Assembly (NCBI GenBank): GCA_043803945.1
Contig: JAZDJN010000042.1
Location: 32,001 to 96,000, forward strand
Direction: 5' to 3'
DNA length: 64,000 nucleotides
Source: a bacterium
Lineage (GTDB): Bacteria; Bacteroidota; Ignavibacteria; UBA10030
Shown: one piece after another, positions 50,461 to 60,299 of the stretch
Position numbering within the stretch: position 1 is the stretch's first letter
How the letters are laid out: each line of letters begins with the position of its first letter
Made by a program: the position numbers and the translations under genes
The notes under the pieces: model-generated
Told to the model about the DNA's origin: nothing
The model's input: only the letters and a program-made list of their open reading frames with translations
The model's database searches: none

Positions 50461-52413
50461 ATGAAACGATTGTCGCTTTTGCTCGGCGTTCTGTTTTTTT
50501 CCACTCCACTGCTTGCGCAGTCGATGCTTGAGAATATCCTTTCACCCTCTCATCTCCCCTTTTTGAAGCAATCGAAGTTGGTACAGATTTCAAGCCACGA
50601 CAGAACACATGGCAATAGCGATTTTATTGCGGTACGGAACGGAGGCACGTCAACATTGGCTGATGTGTCAGGACCTGGTGTCGTTGTGAGAATATGGGTA
50701 ACGATTGCCTCAAATGATCCTTACTTTCTTCGCAGGATTCTCTTGCGCATGACATGGGATGGAGAGCCCTCTCCTTCAGTGGAAGTGCCGATCGGCGATT
50801 TCTTTGGTACTGGATTCCAGTATAAGCAGTACGTCACTCCCTATCTCGGCATGTCGAGCGGGGGGTATTATTGCTTTTTCCCAATGCCATTTCACAAATC
50901 CGCACACATCGAGGTTGTGAATCAAACGGGACGCGATATACAATCATTGTACTACCACATAGATTATCATCAGCTCGAGCAGGACTTTGGGCAGGATGTA
51001 GGTTTATTCCACACCGCCTGGCGTCGGGATGTCCGGACTGACAAGAAGGAGAATTACACGATTCTCGAAGCTGAAGGAGAGGGCCACCTCGTCGGGGTGA
51101 ATCTCAACATGCAAAACCATACCCAGGGACTTGAATTTCTCGAGGGTGATGAAATGGTCTATGTGGATGGAGAATCATATCCATCGGTCTATGGGACGGG
51201 AACTGAAGACTACTTTACCAGTGGATGGTATTTTAATAAGGGTGAATATGCATCTCCATACCATGGTTTGGTACTCAAAGATGACTCGCTTTCACGCATT
51301 GCAGCGTACCGATTTCACATTCTCGATGCCATTCCATTTAAACGCTCGATTCGATTTACCATCGAACATGGCCATGGCAATACTGTCGTAGCGGATTATA
51401 GCAGCACTGCATACTGGTATCAGAAAGAACCTCACAAACGATTTTCACCTATGCTTCGGCCTGAACTCCGCATCCCTCTGCGTTCGGTGCTCCCTCAACA
51501 TCCGCTGGAAGCGGAGTCGCTGCGGGTGGAGAGCAGCACCATCAGCGCTGATGTGGAAGAGATGCAACGCTTTGGAGCAGACTGGAGTGGGATGCGTCAG
51601 TTAACGATTTCCGGTAAAACAATCGGTGATTCATTCATCCTCAATCTTCCAGTCGATGAACAGAGGAATTCTATCTCGATCTACAGTACCCATGGTCCCG
51701 AGTATGGAAATTACGAGATAAGGTATGGCGAAAAGAAAGTGGGAGAACTTCGCTCATTCAGCAGTGAAGTGAAGCCTGGAGGTATCACGGTGATACCGGA
51801 TATTATCACAACGACGAAGACCATTCCACTTCGTTTTATCCTGACCGGCAAGGATCCAAAATCCTCCGGGTATGCCTTGGGCCTTGATGCATTCGTCATC
51901 GAACCGGTGAAGAGCTATATTCCAGCCTGGTATCTCATCGGGCCGTTCTCCAATCCACGGGATTCATCGATGACTCGCTTGGGACTTGATATTCAGTACC
52001 CGCCGGAAAAAGAGATCAGGATTGCTCAACGATATCGAGGGGTGAATGAACAGATCGTCGGGTGGAAGCTGGAGAAAACTCCGAAGAGTGGGAGGATGGA
52101 TCTTTATATGTTTAATCCCTATGAATCTGTTGTGGTCTATGCGCTCACGTATGTCTACTCTCCCGTAGATCAATCCGTCCCTTTATTGCTCGGGAGTGAC
52201 GATGGGGCGAAGGTGTTTCTCAATGGTACCGAAATATTTCGTCTTCTTGAAATTCGTGTAGCTCAGCCCGATCAGAATCGCATTCTGATGAAATTAAACA
52301 AGGGATGGAATACGTTGCTCTTGAAAGTTGAGAATAACTACGGCGGTTATAATTTCTATGCACGGATTCCAAACAACAATTATGGGATTCGCATTAATCC
52401 TTTGAGACAATGA
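50461..52413 (+). CDS. Exported DUF2961 (GH172-like) glycosidase with extra C-terminal beta-sandwich domains
   Basis: SSHDRT.GN.D; GPGVV.RIW.T; WDGE..PSVEVP.GDFFG; FPMPF; EGDE; GTGTEDYF; YRFH..D.IPF; IEHG; later GSDDG.KVFLNG. Confidence 0.8.
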   Translation: MKRLSLLLGVLFFSTPLLAQSMLENILSPSHLPFLKQSKLVQISSHDRTHGNSDFIAVRNGGTSTLADVSGPGVVVRIWVTIASNDPYFLRRILLRMTWDGEPSPSVEVPIGDFFGTGFQYKQYVTPYLGMSSGGYYCFFPMPFHKSAHIEVVNQTGRDIQSLYYHIDYHQLEQDFGQDVGLFHTAWRRDVRTDKKENYTILEAEGEGHLVGVNLNMQNHTQGLEFLEGDEMVYVDGESYPSVYGTGTEDYFTSGWYFNKGEYASPYHGLVLKDDSLSRIAAYRFHILDAIPFKRSIRFTIEHGHGNTVVADYSSTAYWYQKEPHKRFSPMLRPELRIPLRSVLPQHPLEAESLRVESSTISADVEEMQRFGADWSGMRQLTISGKTIGDSFILNLPVDEQRNSISIYSTHGPEYGNYEIRYGEKKVGELRSFSSEVKPGGITVIPDIITTTKTIPLRFILTGKDPKSSGYALGLDAFVIEPVKSYIPAWYLIGPFSNPRDSSMTRLGLDIQYPPEKEIRIAQRYRGVNEQIVGWKLEKTPKSGRMDLYMFNPYESVVVYALTYVYSPVDQSVPLLLGSDDGAKVFLNGTEIFRLLEIRVAQPDQNRILMKLNKGWNTLLLKVENNYGGYNFYARIPNNNYGIRINPLRQ

Positions 52414-52445
52414 CTCTTTCCCAAAGCAGGTAGAAAGGATTTCCA

Positions 52446-53600
52446 ATGGGGCAAGTTCGATTCTCTGTTTTCGTTCTTTTCGTGCTTCTTCTCAATTCCG
52501 GCAGCTACCAACGCCTTCAGGCACAAACGGGAAAGACTGTTCCCCCAAGAAGCGTGTCATTTCAGGAACTCAGGCTTACTGAAGCAGCGGCATCGAACTT
52601 TGCCAATCTCACTTTGAAATGCATCCTTAGAGAGTACCCAAACAAGCTCGATCATGTCATGAACACAGAGATGGAGGTTCAGAGTCCGAGTACTCTTCAT
52701 CCGGTTTTTTATGGCTGCTTCGACTGGCACTCCTCCGTTCATGGACACTGGATGCTTGTTCGAATACTCCGGATGTTTCCGAATCTCCCTGAAGCACTAA
52801 AAATCCGATATGCTCTCAATCAGAATTTAACCGCCACTCATATTGCCGTGGAAGTGAAGTACCTCGAGCAAGCCAACCGAAAATCGTTTGAACGGACGTA
52901 CGGTTGGGCCTGGTTAGTAAAATTAGCAGAGGAATTAAGCACATGGAATGCTCCCGATGGCAAGCGGTGGTCGGAAATTCTGGCTCCTCTGACTACTGCG
53001 ATCATCAATCGGTATTTAGATTTCTTACCGAGACAGACATATCCAATTCGTACGGGGGTTCATCCGAACACTGCATTCGGAATCGCCTTCGCCCTTGATT
53101 ATGCACGAACTGCAGGGAATACAGTGCTGGAAAAAATGCTTGTCGAGAGAAGTCTGGAATATTATGCCAAGGATAAGAATGCGCCGATTCAGTGGGAACC
53201 GGGAGGAGAGGATTTCTTTTCCCCAAGTCTGATGGAAGCGGATCTGATGAGACGGGTGATGAAGAGTTCAGAATTTGCTGGTTGGTTCTCTAACTTTATC
53301 CCAGCGCTGCGGCATTCAGCATCGTTTCCTTTGCTCACCCCAGCCATCGTGAGTGATCGAACTGATCCAAAAATTGTCCATCTGGATGGACTCAATCTAA
53401 GCCGGGCCTGGTGTATGATTGGTATTGCCTCTTCGCTGCCTCAGTCTGATCCTGCGCGCAAAAAGTTGCTTGACGCTGCATTAAAACACTCAGTGAGTAC
53501 GTTACCGCACATCACGAGCGGGAATTACGAGGGTGAGCATTGGCTCGGTTCGTTTGCTGTCTATCTGCTGTCGCAGGTGCACCGTTTGAAAGACAGATAA
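52446..53600 (+). CDS. DUF2891 family exported protein
   Basis: EYPNKL; LHP.FYGCFDWHSSVHGHW; FERTYGWAW; G.H.NTAF; EP.G.DFFSP; HLDGLNLSRAW; YEGEHWL. Confidence 0.85.
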   Translation: MGQVRFSVFVLFVLLLNSGSYQRLQAQTGKTVPPRSVSFQELRLTEAAASNFANLTLKCILREYPNKLDHVMNTEMEVQSPSTLHPVFYGCFDWHSSVHGHWMLVRILRMFPNLPEALKIRYALNQNLTATHIAVEVKYLEQANRKSFERTYGWAWLVKLAEELSTWNAPDGKRWSEILAPLTTAIINRYLDFLPRQTYPIRTGVHPNTAFGIAFALDYARTAGNTVLEKMLVERSLEYYAKDKNAPIQWEPGGEDFFSPSLMEADLMRRVMKSSEFAGWFSNFIPALRHSASFPLLTPAIVSDRTDPKIVHLDGLNLSRAWCMIGIASSLPQSDPARKKLLDAALKHSVSTLPHITSGNYEGEHWLGSFAVYLLSQVHRLKDR

Positions 53601-53708
53601 CGTGGGGGGACATTCCACTCTCTGATACGTCTGAATTATGGAAAGAGCGCACTCCATACACCAATACCCTGATGCTCCATTGAGTTAACAATAGATGAAA
53701 GACAGGAT

Positions 53709-55022
53709 ATGCAGGAATCAAAACTTCGTTCCTCTGTGATGCTGCGGATGATTATTGTCATCGTCCTGACCATCATCCTACTTATCCCCACACTGTTTGT
53801 ACAATTACTGGTCTCTGAACGGGAAAAACGGCGGGATGGAGCTGTAAAGGAGGTGAGTCAGAAGTGGGGAGGGGTGCAACGCATTACCGGTCCGGTTCTT
53901 TCCCTTCCTGTGGTTCATACAGTGAAGGATGAGAACGGCAAAGAGTATTCGTCGCTTCGGTATTATCATATCCTGCCCGATTCGATCTCGCTCTCCGGTG
54001 ATCTCCAGCCGACGGTTCGCTACCGGGGGATCTACGAAGCGGTGCTCTACAATACCGTTCTTTCGGGACGCGGTTCATTCTCCCTGACGTCGAATCCATT
54101 TCTACAGGAGTCTGAGAAAAAGATTGTCTGGAAGGATGCTGTGGTGACAATCGGTGTGAGTGATTTGAAAGGGATCAGGGAAGAGATTGCATTCCGATGG
54201 AATAGCACCACACTGAGTGCAGAACCGGGCAGTGGTGCATGTGAGGCGATAAAATCCGGGGTTACCTTCAAGCCGAACTTGAGTGGTGTTGAGGTACCAT
54301 ACCTGTTTGATTTTACTCTTGCCCTTAATGGCAGTTCAGAGCTTCAGATTACTTCTGTAGGGAAGCAAACAGAGGTCGCCCTCGTTTCGAGCTGGCGGTC
54401 ACCAAGTTTTAATGGAGCATTTCTTCCGGTAACAAGAGAGATCAGCGACAATGGATTTCAGGCTCGATGGAAGGTCTTGCATCTGAATCGTAATTATCCT
54501 CAACACTGGATGGGGGAGCAACTCAACCTCGACAGCGGAGTATTTGGGGTGCAGCTGTTACTCGTGGCAGACGAATATCAAAAAACGATGCGCACGATCA
54601 AGTATGCCGTGCTCTTTATTGCTCTGACATTCCTTTCATTCTTTTTAACTGAAATTCTAGCCGGGCAGGTGTTCCATCCCATTCACTACTCGCTCATCGG
54701 TTTAGCTTTAGTGTTGTTTTATATCGTTCTCCTCTCATTGTCCGAACATATGAGGTTCCAATATGCCTATCCAGTTTCCACCATAGTAATCGTCGGATTA
54801 ATCAGTGCCTATACAAAAGCGATTTCCCGCAATGGGAAAGTCGCCGTGGGCATCGGTGGATTTCTGGCAGTGCTGTACACGTTTCTCTATGTTGTGCTTC
54901 AACTGGAAGATTATGCACTTCTGATCGGAAGCGGCGGTCTGTTGCTGATCCTCGCGTTGGTCATGTATTTGACACGAGCAGTTGATTGGTTTTCAATTGG
55001 ACAATCGAAAGAGACGCGCTGA
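53709..55022 (+). CDS. creD: Cell envelope integrity inner-membrane protein CreD
   Basis: W...Q..TGP; RGIYEA.LY; W.SPSF.GAFLP; R..KYA.LFI; HPI.Y.LIGL; LLSLSEH; EDYALL.G; MYLTR.VDW. Confidence 0.92.
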   Translation: MQESKLRSSVMLRMIIVIVLTIILLIPTLFVQLLVSEREKRRDGAVKEVSQKWGGVQRITGPVLSLPVVHTVKDENGKEYSSLRYYHILPDSISLSGDLQPTVRYRGIYEAVLYNTVLSGRGSFSLTSNPFLQESEKKIVWKDAVVTIGVSDLKGIREEIAFRWNSTTLSAEPGSGACEAIKSGVTFKPNLSGVEVPYLFDFTLALNGSSELQITSVGKQTEVALVSSWRSPSFNGAFLPVTREISDNGFQARWKVLHLNRNYPQHWMGEQLNLDSGVFGVQLLLVADEYQKTMRTIKYAVLFIALTFLSFFLTEILAGQVFHPIHYSLIGLALVLFYIVLLSLSEHMRFQYAYPVSTIVIVGLISAYTKAISRNGKVAVGIGGFLAVLYTFLYVVLQLEDYALLIGSGGLLLILALVMYLTRAVDWFSIGQSKETR

Positions 55023-55085
55023 GAGAGATTTCCCGACAGGTCTCCTGCTCTTTCGATGCTCCTGTGTCGATTATCACTACCACAA

Positions 55086-55544
55086 CTAATTGCCGACTTC
55101 ACGAATCACGAGGAGGGAGATTTGATCGAGCATTGTCTTCAACTTTGGGCTGAGTTCCATGGTTAGCTGGTCGATGATCGCCGGAACGATTCCGAGGATA
55201 ATAATCTCGGGTACAGGTGTCTCCAATTTCAATGCATCGAGTAATTCACGCAAACCCCCAAAATGTGCAGAACGTGGTGAATGCCAGCGTAGTTCAAGCT
55301 CTTCAGGTGTAGCCCGAATGATGCTTCCAGGTTCTTCATCGGCCATCATTGCGTCGACGATAATGATCTTATCTCTATTTCGACAGAAGTCGAGAAGTTC
55401 AAAGCCTCCAGTGCCGCCATCAAGTACCTCGACTGTTGGTGGTAAGGGCATACTCTGCAATTGCCGGGCAACGTGGATACCAATGCCTTCATCACCGAGT
55501 AGCAAATTACCCACACCAAGTATGAGCGTTCTTGTTAGTGGCAT
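55086..55544 (-). CDS. Hydrogenase maturation protease (HyaD/HybD family)
   Basis: LGVGNLLLGDEGIG; DGGTGG; IVDA; SAH. Confidence 0.92.
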   Translation of the reverse strand: MPLTRTLILGVGNLLLGDEGIGIHVARQLQSMPLPPTVEVLDGGTGGFELLDFCRNRDKIIIVDAMMADEEPGSIIRATPEELELRWHSPRSAHFGGLRELLDALKLETPVPEIIILGIVPAIIDQLTMELSPKLKTMLDQISLLVIREVGN

Positions 55545-55564
55545 TGTGAGAACTGATACAAAGG

Positions 55565-55588
55565 AGCCCCGACTCGAAAGCCGGGGCT
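55565..55588 (-). terminator. GC-rich stem-loop between the hydrogenase large subunit and the protease (partial terminator or mRNA stabiliser)
   Basis: Minus strand AGCCCCGGCT-TTCG-AGTCGGGGCT with a weak U-tract. Confidence 0.5.
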
Positions 55589-55597
55589 TGGGTGAAT

Positions 55598-57097
55598 TTA
55601 TAGGATTTGAAACTTCTTTACAGACTTACCGGGTTCGATGAGATGCACAGCACATGCAATACACGGATCGAACGAGCGGACAATGCGTGCAATTGCGAAC
55701 GGATTCTCTGTATCTTCAATTGTTGCTCCAATTATTGCCAGTTCCATAGGACCCGGTTGACCCTTATCGTCTTGCGGTGAAGCGTTCCATGTTGTTGGCA
55801 CGACAGCCTGATAGCGTGCGATCTTTCCGTTCTTGATGCTGATCCAGTGTCCGAGAGCTCCACGAGCTGCACACCAAAGACCCATGCCCTCTGCTGTTTC
55901 AGGAATCTTGTGATCGGTGCATACGGGTTCTTCGAGTTTTACCGACATGATCATTGTTTCCAATTCATCAGCGACGATTTTACACTCCAACGCACGGCAA
56001 AGATGTCTCCCCAGAACGGAGTATAAAGCGTCGTGGCCTACCTGCAGTTGCGAGAGGGCTTCATCGACGAGCTTGACGATTTTAGGATTCGATTTGCTGC
56101 GATATGCCATTGCGATGCGGGCCAGGGGTCCAACCTCATAAGCATTGTTTTCGTAGCGCGGAGCCTTTAACCAACTGTAACCGTTTGATTTCTTCGGATT
56201 TGGAAGACTCTCACCTTTGCTCGGATGCAGATGGCTTGGCGAGTCATACCATGACGATTTCACATCTTCAGTAATTTTTTTTGGATCGACCGATTCGATG
56301 TTTCCATCGACCAATCTTCCCATTGGGAAAAGACGCTTCCTCTTAGTGACATTGGGCTCATCGTCGAGGTCGAACAATCCGAATGAGAGGAGTCGCTTAC
56401 ATCCAGTACCTATCTGGAAATAATCCCTGTAGATTTGGCTAACCGTCAAAACATCCGGGAGGTAAACCTTGTCGATAAATTCACGCAATTCTTGCAAACG
56501 CCACAATGAAGTAGTGATATTATCGATGCGTGGACGGATGGAAACGCCGCCGGGAACAATTGAAGCCATATGAGGCATCTTTCCCGACCAGATCGCACAC
56601 AGTTCATGCGCTTTAAGCCGCATCTGGTAACCCTGGATGTAATGGTTTACAAGTGTGTCATGCACGGTCGATGGAACGCGATAGTCTGCCTCGTAGCGCG
56701 GGATAAACGGCGGAACATCGGGGCCGCGGAAGAAATCGAGCGATGCGAGGTGATAGAAATGCAGGATGTGTGACTGGATATAGTTAGCGCCTTGCATAAT
56801 GTTTCTTATGATTCGAGCATTCGGCGGAGGCATGATGCCGAAAGCATTCTCCAACGCCTGCGAGGATGCGATGGCGTGCGGCGTAGGGCATACGCCGCAA
56901 AAACGCTGCGTGATCTGTATTGCATCCAAGGGATTTCGATCGATGAGGATTTGTTCAAAACCGCGATACAATGTGCCGCCGACCTTTGCTTCGACGATTT
57001 TTCGATTGTCTACGATCGCTTCAACTTTGAGATGTCCCTCGATGCGCGTCATCGGATCGATAGTAATTTTTGTTCTGACGGTATCCATAGTTCTCAT
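55598..57097 (-). CDS. [NiFe] hydrogenase large subunit (group 1, 1a-like); start may be 57088
   Basis: DPMTRIEGH; L1 QRFCGVCPTPH; SHILHFYHL; L2 RSFDPCIACAVH plus a cleavable C-terminal extension. Confidence 0.93.
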   Translation of the reverse strand: MRTMDTVRTKITIDPMTRIEGHLKVEAIVDNRKIVEAKVGGTLYRGFEQILIDRNPLDAIQITQRFCGVCPTPHAIASSQALENAFGIMPPPNARIIRNIMQGANYIQSHILHFYHLASLDFFRGPDVPPFIPRYEADYRVPSTVHDTLVNHYIQGYQMRLKAHELCAIWSGKMPHMASIVPGGVSIRPRIDNITTSLWRLQELREFIDKVYLPDVLTVSQIYRDYFQIGTGCKRLLSFGLFDLDDEPNVTKRKRLFPMGRLVDGNIESVDPKKITEDVKSSWYDSPSHLHPSKGESLPNPKKSNGYSWLKAPRYENNAYEVGPLARIAMAYRSKSNPKIVKLVDEALSQLQVGHDALYSVLGRHLCRALECKIVADELETMIMSVKLEEPVCTDHKIPETAEGMGLWCAARGALGHWISIKNGKIARYQAVVPTTWNASPQDDKGQPGPMELAIIGATIEDTENPFAIARIVRSFDPCIACAVHLIEPGKSVKKFQIL

Positions 57098-58047
57098 CTC
57101 CTTTGATAAATGGGTGAATGTGCATCGGGGAATCCCTTTTCAGTGCATCCAATGCATGGTCCACCGGCTCCAATGCACCAGTTGACACCGCCGTTCCACA
57201 ACCGTATAGGGCAGTCGGCGTATGTGAATGGACCTTTGCAACCGAGTTCGAGCAAACATCCTTCATCGCCAAACTTCGTTGCGAAGATACCATCGTCCAG
57301 GTAATCGCGATTAATGCAGCGATTGTGGACTGAGCGGCCGAAAAAGAGCTTTAACCGGCCGTGCTCGTCAATCTCTTTCGGCTTCGGCATACCGTAGAGT
57401 AAAATCTTGGAGACCGTTCCGATAAACCAATCCGGATGACACGGACACCCTGGAATATTGATGACCGGAGTGGAAATATTCAACATCTTATAAGCATCAC
57501 TTGTGCCAATGCAACCGGATGGATTGGGTTCTCCCATTGGTAATCCGCCATAGGCAGCGCAAGTCCCCACAGTGAGGGTCGCCATCGCATCCCTGCCTAA
57601 CAAATCAATCCAATTCAGCATCGTGATCGGTTTATTCTCGTTCTCGCCAACCCAACCATACATTCCCTCCTGCTTTGTGGGGATTGCACCTTCTACGACG
57701 AGCACATACTTTCCTTTGTACTTCGTCGAGACTTCGCGGGCAGTATTGATGGAGAGTGATCCGGTAGCAGCCATCAATGTCCCGTGATACATGAGTTTTA
57801 ATTGATGACCCGGAAGTACTTGTTCCAGGATCACATTTTTAATGCTTGGGTGGATAGTATTGATGACCGAAACTGAGCACCCGCTGCATGTTGAGGCTTG
57901 CAGCCAAATGATGGGATATTCTTTCACCGCCTCTTGCAACGCCTCGGCTAATTTTGGAAAGAATCCATCCACCATACTCATAGCCGCTGGTGCAGCGATT
58001 GCCCAACGGACAAAATCTCTGCGGGTAAATTTGTGGTTGACGGCCAT
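57094..58047 (-). CDS. [NiFe] hydrogenase small subunit with Tat signal
   Basis: TRRDFV; WLQASTCSGC; GTCAAYGG; PGCPCHPDW; H..C..GCLLELGCKGP..C..WCIGAGGPCIGC; no C-terminal TM. Confidence 0.93.
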   Translation of the reverse strand: MAVNHKFTRRDFVRWAIAAPAAMSMVDGFFPKLAEALQEAVKEYPIIWLQASTCSGCSVSVINTIHPSIKNVILEQVLPGHQLKLMYHGTLMAATGSLSINTAREVSTKYKGKYVLVVEGAIPTKQEGMYGWVGENENKPITMLNWIDLLGRDAMATLTVGTCAAYGGLPMGEPNPSGCIGTSDAYKMLNISTPVINIPGCPCHPDWFIGTVSKILLYGMPKPKEIDEHGRLKLFFGRSVHNRCINRDYLDDGIFATKFGDEGCLLELGCKGPFTYADCPIRLWNGGVNWCIGAGGPCIGCTEKGFPDAHSPIYQRR

Positions 58048-58235
58048 ATGATATTCCTTTCTTGTTGAAGTGACCGATAAACGATCTTAACGAGATAGAC
58101 ACCATAGGGTCTGCTGTGATCCTACAGTGAAGATGATTCAATTATAATGAATGGGTGGTTTAGAGAGTCTGACACTGTTTTACTCGTCTCGTTGTAGGTT
58201 TTTTGTGTGGGATCGTTAGGTTTAGATTTCGGATA

Positions 58236-58667
58236 TTATGGTGTAGTCGATCTCTTTTCTGGAGCCGGATGATTGAGGTTAAAAAGTTGCATAGCGAGAT
58301 TGGTCGGATTAATACCGAGTCGACTACAAGCAACTTCGATGGATAAGGAGAGGATATGAACAGCGGTTTCTCTTCCCGTTTCGGTAAGAACAACTTGTTC
58401 TCTTCGTCGATCATTTGGATGGAGTGATCGACACACAAATCCCTTCTCTTCCAACAGCCTTAATGCTCTAGATGTCCGTGTCGGCGGTCCTTCCAGCTCG
58501 GTATTTAACTCTTTTACACATGTAGGATGTTTGATGTGGAGAATACTGAGGCAATGAATTTCATCGATTGTCAAACCTGTTGAGGTAGCAAGATGCTTGT
58601 CGATATCCCGGCATCGTGAGGTAAGCCGGAGAAGATCTGCACCGATGATGGGATTGAAGAGATCCAT
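58236..58667 (-). CDS. MarR-family transcriptional regulator
   Basis: GLT..E..L; SRAL..LEEKGFV.R....DRR...V.LTE.G winged helix. Confidence 0.85.
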   Translation of the reverse strand: MDLFNPIIGADLLRLTSRCRDIDKHLATSTGLTIDEIHCLSILHIKHPTCVKELNTELEGPPTRTSRALRLLEEKGFVCRSLHPNDRRREQVVLTETGRETAVHILSLSIEVACSRLGINPTNLAMQLFNLNHPAPEKRSTTP

Positions 58668-58677
58668 AGCATTTCAA

Positions 58678-58721
58678 ATAATAGTTTCATTCTACAATAA
58701 TTATACCAATGAAACTATTAT
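58678..58721. promoter_or_regulatory. Perfect 14-bp inverted repeat overlapping an extended -10; probable MarR autoregulatory operator
   Basis: ATAATAGTTTCATT-N16-AATGAAACTATTAT; minus-strand TGGTATAAT at 58700-58708. Confidence 0.7.
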
Positions 58722-58886
58722 CAAAATTGATATAAATTTGGCCAATATCACTTTTGGCAATGATGCTTATTTCAACTGATGTTGAGTATATCAACGGATA
58801 GGTTGGAGATTACATAGAGTCCATCAGGTGAGCTCGCTCGTGAGAGGGAGAGCAAGGTGGTAACGGGGAATACTACAATATGGAGT

Positions 58887-60299
58887 TTATGCTGTGCTTC
58901 TTCCTGAGGTAAGATATTCGTGGATGGATTTTGCAGCCTTTCGTCCAGCACCCATTGCGAGAATGACAGTCGCTGCGCCGGTAACGACATCTCCCCCTGC
59001 CCAGATACGATCACGTGATGTCTGACCCGTGGTTTCGCTCGCTTCGACGTTGCCCTTCTTTCCGATTTTCAACCCGGGTGTTGTTGCGCCGATTAGCGGA
59101 TTGGGACTATTGCCGATTGCACATACAACAGCATCGACATCGAAAACAGTTTCGGACCCTTCGATCGGGATAGGCTTTCGCCGTCCGGAGGCATCGGGTT
59201 CACCCAGTGCCATTCTCTGACAGATGACCCGTTTGACCCAGCCGTTCTCATCACCTTCGTAACGCAAAGGGAGTGTAAGAAATTCGAAAATGACACCTTC
59301 TTCTTCGGCATTTTCGACTTCCTCAAGGCGTGCGGGAAGCTCCTCACGTGAACGTCGGTAAATGATCCGCGTCTCAGCGCCGAGGCGGAGTGCGCTGCGT
59401 GCACAATCCATTGCAACATTGCCGCCTCCGACCACAGCAACTTTCTTCTGTGCTTTGATCGGTGTGTGATATTGTGGAAAAAGATAGCCCTTCATAAGGT
59501 TTAAACGGGTGAGATACTCGTTTGCGGAATACACTCCATTCAGGTTCTCACCCGGTATTTCCATGAACCATGGCAGTCCGGCGCCCGAACCCACAAAGAC
59601 TGCGTCGTACTCCTCCAGTATACTATCGATGGTTCGAGTTTTGCCGACGACAAAGTCGGTAATTAATTCGACACCGAGCATATTCAGATATTCAACTTCG
59701 CGTTGTACGATAGCTTTTGGCAATCGGAACTCAGGTATGCCATACGTAAGTACTCCACCCATACGATGGAGAGCTTCGAAGATTGTTACGCTGTGACCCT
59801 GCTTGATGAGATCGCCGGCAACAGTTAATCCGGCTGGACCACCGCCGACGACGGCCACTTTTTTTCCGGTTGGAAGAGGATTCTCCGGCAATGTAAGTTT
59901 TCCCTGTGCCGCTTCCCAGTCTGCTAAAAATCTTTCGAGTCTTCCGATTGCAAGCTCACTCCCTTTTTTCTTGAGAGCGCATGCGCTTTCACACTGTTCT
60001 TCCTGCGGGCACACGCGGCCACAGATTGCCGGAAGGCAATTCTTCTGTTTTAGAATCCGGACGCCCTCGGAGAATTTTCCATCTGCAATACACTGAATAA
60101 ATGCCGGAATATCGATTTCCACCGGACATTCACCAATGCAACGCGCATCCTTGCATTGAATGCAGCGTTTCGCTTCCTCGATGGCAGTTGTCTCAGAATA
60201 CCCGAGTGCAACTTCATAAAAATTGTGGCATCGAACCTCAGGAGGCTGCTTTGGCATTAATCGGCGATACAGGTCGAGCTTCTTCTTTTCGGCTGCCAT
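58887..60299 (-). CDS. nfnB: NfnB/SudA (GltD-like NADPH-binding large subunit of NADH-dependent ferredoxin:NADP+ oxidoreductase)
   Basis: EAKRCIQC..C...CP; CGRVCPQE.QCE..C; VGGGPAGL; YGIPEFRLPK; GGGNVAMDCAR; GGDVVTGAATVILAMGAG. Confidence 0.9.
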   Translation of the reverse strand: MAAEKKKLDLYRRLMPKQPPEVRCHNFYEVALGYSETTAIEEAKRCIQCKDARCIGECPVEIDIPAFIQCIADGKFSEGVRILKQKNCLPAICGRVCPQEEQCESACALKKKGSELAIGRLERFLADWEAAQGKLTLPENPLPTGKKVAVVGGGPAGLTVAGDLIKQGHSVTIFEALHRMGGVLTYGIPEFRLPKAIVQREVEYLNMLGVELITDFVVGKTRTIDSILEEYDAVFVGSGAGLPWFMEIPGENLNGVYSANEYLTRLNLMKGYLFPQYHTPIKAQKKVAVVGGGNVAMDCARSALRLGAETRIIYRRSREELPARLEEVENAEEEGVIFEFLTLPLRYEGDENGWVKRVICQRMALGEPDASGRRKPIPIEGSETVFDVDAVVCAIGNSPNPLIGATTPGLKIGKKGNVEASETTGQTSRDRIWAGGDVVTGAATVILAMGAGRKAAKSIHEYLTSGRSTA

